Positions 9,418 through 15,049 of a DNA stretch of 34,194 bases are shown one piece after another. How positions within the stretch are numbered: the stretch's first letter is position 1; each line of letters begins with the position of its first letter. The notes below the pieces were generated by a model that saw only the letters and a program-made list of their open reading frames with translations, ran no database searches and was not told where the DNA came from. The DNA lies in the IMG/VR virus record IMGVR_UViG_2541047826_000010; one strand, written 5' to 3'. The position numbers were made by a program, and so were the translations under genes. The DNA is from a virus (lineage: Duplodnaviria > Heunggongvirae > Uroviricota > Caudoviricetes).

Positions 9418-9843
9418 GTGAATTTTGATTCTCTTTGCGCGTCGCGGTTCAAAGCTGAGCGTTCGCGGTTATCACTCAAGCAGGCTGAAGTAGCAGCCCT
9501 TTGTGGCGTTTCAAGAGAAATGTGGGGGAAATATGAACGAGGGGTTGCTGTTCCCGGAGGTGAGTTACTTGCAGCCTTTGCAAGAATTGGGGCCAATGTA
9601 CAGTTCATTCTTACCGGGGAGTCATCAGGTATAACTTTATCACGTGATGAAATGGAGTTACTGCAGCACTACCGGCAGGCACCATTACAGGTCAAAGGTT
9701 CAGTTTTGTCGGCCTTGACTACTGGCTCCTCCAGAGAACGGGCGGAACAGGTTATTCATGGAGATGTTCTGGGGAATGTTATCAAAGGTAACGTAACCAT
9801 AGGAACAGGTGGAATAATGAACAAAAATACCAAGAGAAGATGA
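9418..9843 (+). CDS. XRE/Cro-C1-type prophage repressor (no S24 peptidase domain)
   Basis: HTH LSLKQAEVAALCGVSREMWGKYERG ... NVQFILTGE. I prefer the GTG at 9418, which follows GAGG by 5 nt. The ATG at 9382 lies inside the operator palindrome. The C-terminal tail carries HGDVLGNVIKGNVTIGTGG. Confidence 0.8.
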   Translation: MNFDSLCASRFKAERSRLSLKQAEVAALCGVSREMWGKYERGVAVPGGELLAAFARIGANVQFILTGESSGITLSRDEMELLQHYRQAPLQVKGSVLSALTTGSSRERAEQVIHGDVLGNVIKGNVTIGTGGIMNKNTKRR

Positions 9844-10826
9844 GTAAAGAGAAGCAAACAGTTAACGGGGATGTGGGTAACGTTGTCAGCGGTGATGTTA
9901 CCATTCATAACTATTCTGCTGACATACTTCCTTCGGCCCAGCAACCAATTTCGTTGCTGCAAAAACGCGATTTACACAGATTGATGGATGAATTGGTTGA
10001 TCTGGGGGAAAGTAAGCGCGAGCTATGGATGACGATCCACACGAAACTTAATACCAAAACAGTTAATGAAATGACTGCGGCTGATTATCATGGTGCGGTT
10101 GAGATCCTTCAGAGATATGCACAACAGATCCAGAATATGAAGGACTGTAATCTTCTGGTCAGCAAAATAATGGCGCTTACTGACCCTGGGTATCGTCTTG
10201 ACCGTGACAGATACTGTCTGAAGCATTTCGGTACAACCCATCTTAAAGGCCTAGACAAAGAGCAGTTGCAGGCTGTGTTTGGTTATTTTGATGATCTGCT
10301 GAATATTCGTGATGAGAGTAAAACTCTATCACCTCCATCGGAAAGCGGTGCAAAATCAGTCGCAACTGTACCAACCAGAAGCCGGAAGCCTCATGTAGTA
10401 GTGTTGGGGGGAGTGTTAGTTCTTGTAGCAATATTTTTCGTGGGAATGATTGTGTTCGCTGGTAAATGGGGAAATGCCAAAGCAGTAGCTTCTACTGAAA
10501 CCAGCGTTTTTAACATTAAAACCAACGATAAAATAATAGAAGATTCCATCCCCGCACTGCGCAGCATGTTTCCAGGGTTAAATAAGTACTCAGATGATTT
10601 CCATTCGGTTTCAAGCTACAAGCAAAAAACGGGCTGGCATACCCTTAAATTTACTGTATCAGCAAAGGCATCCGTCCCCGAAAATTATAGTGTTAAGGGC
10701 AAGGTTTGTTACATTAACATAAGCCCTGATGGTAGTTATGCTCGGGTTTTGACTGCTCCATGTCGTTCACTGCTACTTGATCAGCAAAGCACTCCTGACA
10801 GTAAATACCGTTTTATTCTTAAATAG
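9840..10826 (+). CDS. bitopic membrane protein of unknown function, translationally coupled to the repressor
   Basis: 328 aa. ATGA overlap with the repressor stop (9840-9843). The N-terminus carries NGDVGNVVSGDVTIHN. A single TM helix spans about aa 185-208 (HVVVLGGVLVLVAIFFVGMIVFAG) and is preceded by RSRKPH. The C-terminal domain of about 120 aa is predicted periplasmic. GC is low. Confidence 0.7.
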   Translation: MSKEKQTVNGDVGNVVSGDVTIHNYSADILPSAQQPISLLQKRDLHRLMDELVDLGESKRELWMTIHTKLNTKTVNEMTAADYHGAVEILQRYAQQIQNMKDCNLLVSKIMALTDPGYRLDRDRYCLKHFGTTHLKGLDKEQLQAVFGYFDDLLNIRDESKTLSPPSESGAKSVATVPTRSRKPHVVVLGGVLVLVAIFFVGMIVFAGKWGNAKAVASTETSVFNIKTNDKIIEDSIPALRSMFPGLNKYSDDFHSVSSYKQKTGWHTLKFTVSAKASVPENYSVKGKVCYINISPDGSYARVLTAPCRSLLLDQQSTPDSKYRFILK

Positions 10827-10916
10827 AAAATAACAGCTGAATTACCATGGGATCAGAAAAAAGACAAAGGCGGCATCATGCTGCGTTCTGAAATTTTAAT
10901 GTAAAAGGTGATGAAC

Positions 10917-11498
10917 ATGGCAGGGATTCAGGTTATCGCAGGAAGTTTTCCTAAAGGGTGGGCAAGCATGGGGTTCGGTACCATCGTGTTTGCCAAAAAA
11001 CCAAAACAAGGCTTTCCTGAAAATATTGTATTAAATCTGAAAGAAGAGCTTTTATCGATTGAACTTGCGGATAGTGAAGAGGAAAGCCGTATAGGTAAGG
11101 CGGCAGGCGCAGGTTTGCTTGGTGGATTAATCTTTGGTGGTGCAGGGTTGGTCATTGGAGGTTTGCTTGGTGCGGCGGACAAGACGAAAAAAACTATCAC
11201 TTTTAAGGCAATGTTTACGGGAAATAGGTTACTTCTGGCTAAAACAGATTCAAAAACTTTTGTAAAACTTCAGTCAATTGCTGCTGATAATGCCCATAAC
11301 GCATCTGTAATCAACATGAAGCAAACTAACAGGGGCGATGTTTCTTCTCGTAAACAACTAACAGAAAATCCACAGCAGCAAGACTTACCTGCGCCCGCTA
11401 CAACAGTAAAAATGACTGCCAAAGATAAGTTAGAATCGGCTCTTGGGCTGGGAATCATCGTTATAGCTGTTTGGGCAATAATACACTTCTTTTTTTAG
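10917..11498 (+). CDS. glycine-zipper membrane protein of unknown function
   Basis: The ATG at 10917 lies 6 nt after AAGGTG; alternative starts are 10908 and 10911. Glycine-zipper segment AAGAGLLGGLIFGGAGLVIGGLLGAA spans aa 61-87. A C-terminal TM anchor reads LGLGIIVIAVWAIIHFFF. Confidence 0.7.
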   Translation: MAGIQVIAGSFPKGWASMGFGTIVFAKKPKQGFPENIVLNLKEELLSIELADSEEESRIGKAAGAGLLGGLIFGGAGLVIGGLLGAADKTKKTITFKAMFTGNRLLLAKTDSKTFVKLQSIAADNAHNASVINMKQTNRGDVSSRKQLTENPQQQDLPAPATTVKMTAKDKLESALGLGIIVIAVWAIIHFFF

Positions 11499-11500
11499 TG

Positions 11501-11524
11501 CAGCCCTTCAGGGCTGTTTCTGTT
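11501..11524 (+). terminator. intrinsic terminator closing the repressor operon
   Basis: CAGCCC-TTCA-GGGCTG stem-loop followed by TTTCTGTT, starting 3 nt after the stop codon. Confidence 0.7.
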
Positions 11525-11535
11525 CAGGAGGTATC

Positions 11536-12012
11536 TTAAGGATTATCCGGGGCGTTTTCCTGTTTGCCGTACTTCGGAGACGAACAACATTCTGTTGGCT
11601 GACCGGTGAGTTTACGTAACTCCTTCATGAGCAGCTCCTGATCGTAAACTGTCATCAGTGCCGCAATGGTGGCATGCAGTGCATCGGGCAGTATCCAGGG
11701 TTGCCGGCCCGTGGGGCATATAACATCCAGCAGCTCATTCGTCCGACAGATACGCTCCTCGCCGTATGACAACAGGCCCTGTCCCGTGTATTCCTCCAGC
11801 CTGATCACTGTGCCACCCCGTGGCTTCTGCCAGGTCGTCAGATCTTCGCCATTCATACGGCGCTCATTCTCCACGTCAGCAGCATCGACAATGACGCTGT
11901 TTCCGAGTTCCTGTTTCACCATCTCTTCTATCCGCGCCAGTACGTAACTTTTACCGCTGCCCACAGGACCGGACACAGTGACAGTGATGACCGGATTCAG
12001 TGTGTGCGTCAT
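11536..12012 (-). CDS. small P-loop NTPase (hypothetical), solitary minus-strand gene
   Basis: 158 aa. Walker A GPVGSGKS at aa 15-22. Possible Walker B VIVDAAD. SD GAGGAG. Convergent with the cassette and divergent from the late operon. Confidence 0.65.
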   Translation of the reverse strand: MTHTLNPVITVTVSGPVGSGKSYVLARIEEMVKQELGNSVIVDAADVENERRMNGEDLTTWQKPRGGTVIRLEEYTGQGLLSYGEERICRTNELLDVICPTGRQPWILPDALHATIAALMTVYDQELLMKELRKLTGQPTECCSSPKYGKQENAPDNP

Positions 12013-12073
12013 ATCGTATTCTCCTCTGTGAATAATTCATCGTTTATCCTGCACATCCCGTATCCCCGGCTCT

Positions 12074-12092
12074 CTTAACGCGCTTTAAAATC
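12074..12092 (+). promoter_or_regulatory. late-promoter motif copy 1 (CTTAA-N5-TTTAAAATC), upstream of the lysis genes
   Basis: One of four copies of YTTAA-N5-WTTAAWATC. The embedded -10-like hexamer TAAAAT lies at 12086-12091. There is no -35 match. It ends 50 nt before the holin ATG. Confidence 0.45.
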
Positions 12093-12142
12093 CTTCGCAC
12101 CCTGTATTTGTGATGCTGTCTCCACCAGATAAGGAGACACAC

Positions 12143-12493
12143 ATGAAAAACCTGAAAAAATTCATTCCCCCTGTTAAAAAACCTCGCCTCAGCGGCTGGC
12201 TGCTGACCTCAGTGCTGTTGCTGGGCACCATCGCTCTGGTCTCACCACAGCAGCTGCCTGTTGTGATCTACAAGCTGGCACTCATCACGCTGGCAGCAGT
12301 GCTGGGTTACTGGCTTGACCGTTCGCTCTTCCCCAAAGCCCGTCCCGGTCAGTACCTGAAACATGACGACAGGCTGATGGCTGAAGGGCGTTTCCCGGTA
12401 CAGACCGGCCTTCACCTGGTGTTTTCTGCTGCGTTAATCCGCCGTGCACTGATTGTTGCAGCGGTCTGCCTGGCTGTTGCGATGGGGCTTTAA
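12143..12493 (+). CDS. holin (2-3 TM class, putative)
   Basis: I chose the ATG at 12143 because it follows AAGGAG. The 116-aa product has three hydrophobic segments. It lies immediately upstream of the endolysin. Confidence 0.6.
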   Translation: MKNLKKFIPPVKKPRLSGWLLTSVLLLGTIALVSPQQLPVVIYKLALITLAAVLGYWLDRSLFPKARPGQYLKHDDRLMAEGRFPVQTGLHLVFSAALIRRALIVAAVCLAVAMGL

Positions 12494-12495
12494 TC

Positions 12496-13236
12496 ATGAA
12501 CTGGCCGCAGATCACCTGGATTGTATGCATGTCCCTGAAACTGGCTTTCGAAGCCTTTCGGGTCTTCATCAGAACCGAACGCCTGTCAGTCCGCGCCGGG
12601 ACCTTTCTGGTTCATATGGCATGGGTATTCTTTGTCGCAATGTTGCTCTGGTGTGGCGGCTTTTTTAGCCAGGCATGCGCAGCACAACCTCCGCAGGCTG
12701 CGCTGCAGTATCGCGATGATGTGATCCGTAATGCCCGGCTTGAATGGGGACTGTCTGCGCCGGTGGCCGATTTCGCCGCGCAACTGCATCAGGAAAGCGG
12801 CTGGCGACCTGATGCGATCTCGCCGGCTGGCGCTCAGGGACTGGCGCAGTTCATGCCTGCCACTGCCGACTGGATAAGCCAGTTGATACCGATGCTGAGC
12901 AGTCGTGAGCCGTTTAATCCGGCATGGGCTATCCGGGCGCTGGTCAGCTATGACCGCTGGCTGTGGCAGCGTGTCAGCGCCGCCAGTGACTGCGAGCGTA
13001 TGGCCATGACACTGTCGGGCTATAACGGTGGTCTGGGCTGGGTACAACGGGACAGGCGGCTTGCATCACAGAAAGGTCTGGACAGCACCCGCTGGTTCGG
13101 ACATGTCGCCACGGTGAATGCCGGACGCAATGCGGCCAGCTGGCGGGAGAACCGCCATTATCCGCAGCGCATCCTGCGCGAACTGGCACCGCGATATCTC
13201 ACATGGGGAGGCAGCAGTTGTGTGGCATCTGGTTAA
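12496..13236 (+). CDS. lytic transglycosylase (SLT family) endolysin with N-terminal hydrophobic signal/anchor
   Basis: Family-1 LT motifs are HQESGW (catalytic E-S), GAQGLAQFMP and SGYNGG. The N-terminal hydrophobic stretch MAWVFFVAMLLWCGGFFSQACA is present. The start codon is uncertain (12496 or the internal ATG at 12616). Confidence 0.85.
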   Translation: MNWPQITWIVCMSLKLAFEAFRVFIRTERLSVRAGTFLVHMAWVFFVAMLLWCGGFFSQACAAQPPQAALQYRDDVIRNARLEWGLSAPVADFAAQLHQESGWRPDAISPAGAQGLAQFMPATADWISQLIPMLSSREPFNPAWAIRALVSYDRWLWQRVSAASDCERMAMTLSGYNGGLGWVQRDRRLASQKGLDSTRWFGHVATVNAGRNAASWRENRHYPQRILRELAPRYLTWGGSSCVASG

Positions 13237-13870
13237 AAAGCTGCCGTGGCGCGGCATTCTGCTGGCCATTCTTATCAATGCCTTTCTGGTCGGCCTGTAT
13301 GCCATGGGATACAGAAGTGGTCATGACTCTGCAAAGCGTGACGGTGATACCGCGCTCAGTCAGTTGCAGTCAGCATTTGACGCGTACAAAACGGAGCAGG
13401 CAACGCTTGAGAATGCTGCGCTGCGGGCCTGGGCCAGACGGTATCAGGAGCAGGTGGCCGCCGGGCAGCGGGCTGAAGCCGGTTATCTTGAGCAGATTGC
13501 TCAACTGGAGAGCCGGAATAAACAACTACAGGGGCAAATTAACGATGTCACACAGCGCTGGATTGATGAAAAAGGTAAGAGCCATCCCATTGAGTGCGTG
13601 TTTACTCGCGGTTTCGTGCGCCAGTACAACGCCGCACTCGGATATGACAACGCATCCGTCGACACCGGTCATTCAGACTCAGTTGCCGCCGCTGGCACCC
13701 GCTCTGGCACAGCGACCGGGCAACCTGAAACCACTGACACCCGGTTACGCGATTCGGGTGTCTCCCAGCGTGACGTTCTCGCCAACATCATCGACAACGC
13801 AGGACAATGTCGTCGCTGGCGGAACCAGATAAACGCGTTACTGGATGAACGGGAAGGATTACAGAAATGA
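13220..13870 (+). CDS. i-spanin (Rz-like)
   Basis: The GTG at 13220 follows GGGGAGG. N-terminal TM RGILLAILINAFLVGLYAMGY, then a coiled coil. Lies within ORF 13118..13870. Confidence 0.75.
   Translation: MWHLVKKLPWRGILLAILINAFLVGLYAMGYRSGHDSAKRDGDTALSQLQSAFDAYKTEQATLENAALRAWARRYQEQVAAGQRAEAGYLEQIAQLESRNKQLQGQINDVTQRWIDEKGKSHPIECVFTRGFVRQYNAALGYDNASVDTGHSDSVAAAGTRSGTATGQPETTDTRLRDSGVSQRDVLANIIDNAGQCRRWRNQINALLDEREGLQK
13566..13832 (+). CDS. o-spanin (Rz1-like lipoprotein) embedded in the +1 frame of Rz
   Basis: The product begins MKKVRAIPLSACLLAVSC with a lipobox-like Cys. The mature part is proline-rich. The gene lies entirely inside the Rz gene (part of ORF 13203..13832). Confidence 0.7.
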   Translation: MKKVRAIPLSACLLAVSCASTTPHSDMTTHPSTPVIQTQLPPLAPALAQRPGNLKPLTPGYAIRVSPSVTFSPTSSTTQDNVVAGGTR

Positions 13871-14193
13871 CACTGCAGGTTGAATTCTGGACGGTGGTGA
13901 GTTTTCTGCTCACCTTCATGGGGTTTGTGGGAGGGCTCGCCAAATGGTTGTTCAGTAAAACAGAAGAACGCCAGGCGGCACGATTCGCCTCCCTTGAACA
14001 GGCCCTGCAACAATCCGCCTCCAACTGGGGCGAGCTGGAAAAAGAATTTATGCGATTTAAAGCGGATTTACCGCTGAATTATGTCCGTCGAGAGGATTAT
14101 ATCCGTGGCCAGACAGTCATTGAGGCCAAACTGGACGCGCTTTATAACAAACTGGAAGTGGTACAGCAGTACCGCAATACCGGAGGTCAATAA
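13867..14193 (+). CDS. membrane-anchored coiled-coil late protein (hypothetical)
   Basis: 108 aa. ATGA overlap with the Rz stop. N-terminal TM FWTVVSFLLTFMGFVGGL. Confidence 0.6.
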   Translation: MTLQVEFWTVVSFLLTFMGFVGGLAKWLFSKTEERQAARFASLEQALQQSASNWGELEKEFMRFKADLPLNYVRREDYIRGQTVIEAKLDALYNKLEVVQQYRNTGGQ

Positions 14194-14504
14194 TGGTCGA
14201 TATTACCCGGGTACGCCGCGAATCCCTGCGCTGGAGTCTGCTGGTTGCCCTGAACAAGACCCGCCCTTACACCGCCAGCGAGACGCTGCTGCTGGATGTG
14301 TCCCGTGCCATCTACCCGGACACCACACCGCTGGAACTGCGCCGCGAACTGGATTATCTGGCTGACCGTAAAATGGTTGATCTGGAGAAAAAACCTTCTG
14401 GCGACTGGTTTGCTGACCTGACCCGCCTCGGCGTAGACCTGGTGGAATACACCGTGGAATGTGGTCCGGGTATTGCCCGCCCGGAAAAGTACTGGAGTGA
14501 ATAA
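14193..14504 (+). CDS. hypothetical late protein
   Basis: 103 aa. TAATG overlaps at both ends. I recognise no family. Confidence 0.55.
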   Translation: MVDITRVRRESLRWSLLVALNKTRPYTASETLLLDVSRAIYPDTTPLELRRELDYLADRKMVDLEKKPSGDWFADLTRLGVDLVEYTVECGPGIARPEKYWSE

Positions 14505-15049
14505 TGGCCAGACGCAGCACAATAGAAAAGCTGCCGGAAGATGTGCGCCGCTGGCTTGAACGGGCGCTGACTGAATCCGGCTTCAGCGGGTATAACGAGC
14601 TGGAGTCCCTGCTGCGTGAGCGGGGGTACGTCATCAGCAAATCCGCTATCCATCGCTATGGACAGAAGATTGAGCGCCGCTATGGTGCTATCCGTGCGGC
14701 AACAGAAGCGGCCCGCATGCTGACCGAAGGCGCAGCAGACGATCAGGATGCGCGTTCGGAGGCTGTGATAGCCCTTATTCAGACCGAGCTGTTCGAGAGT
14801 ATTGTCCAGTTGCAGGAGGCGGAAGAAGGCGAAGTCGATCCTAAAGAACGCGTGGCCCTGCTGTCGAAGGTGGCGAAGAATGTGGCTACGCTGTCCCGCG
14901 CGTCCGTCAACCTCAAAAAGTTCCAGTCTGAAGTACGGGCCAGAGCGCAGCAGGCAGCCAGCAACGCCGAGAAAATTGCCCGTAAGGGGGGACTGTCAAG
15001 CGACGCAGTACAGGCGCTTCGTCGCGAGATTCTGGGGATTGCCACATGA
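14504..15049 (+). CDS. terminase small subunit (Mu gp27 / DUF3486-like)
   Basis: The N-terminus RRSTIEKLPEDVRRWLERALTESGFSGYNELESLLRERGYVISKSAIHRYG is typical of the Mu gp27 family. Lies directly upstream of the large terminase. Confidence 0.7.
   Translation: MARRSTIEKLPEDVRRWLERALTESGFSGYNELESLLRERGYVISKSAIHRYGQKIERRYGAIRAATEAARMLTEGAADDQDARSEAVIALIQTELFESIVQLQEAEEGEVDPKERVALLSKVAKNVATLSRASVNLKKFQSEVRARAQQAASNAEKIARKGGLSSDAVQALRREILGIAT

Noticed and set aside
10847-10891. 14-codon mini-ORF (MGSEKRQRRHHAAF) in the gap between the two cassette genes.
   Set aside because: There is no SD and it is very short. Nothing supports translation.
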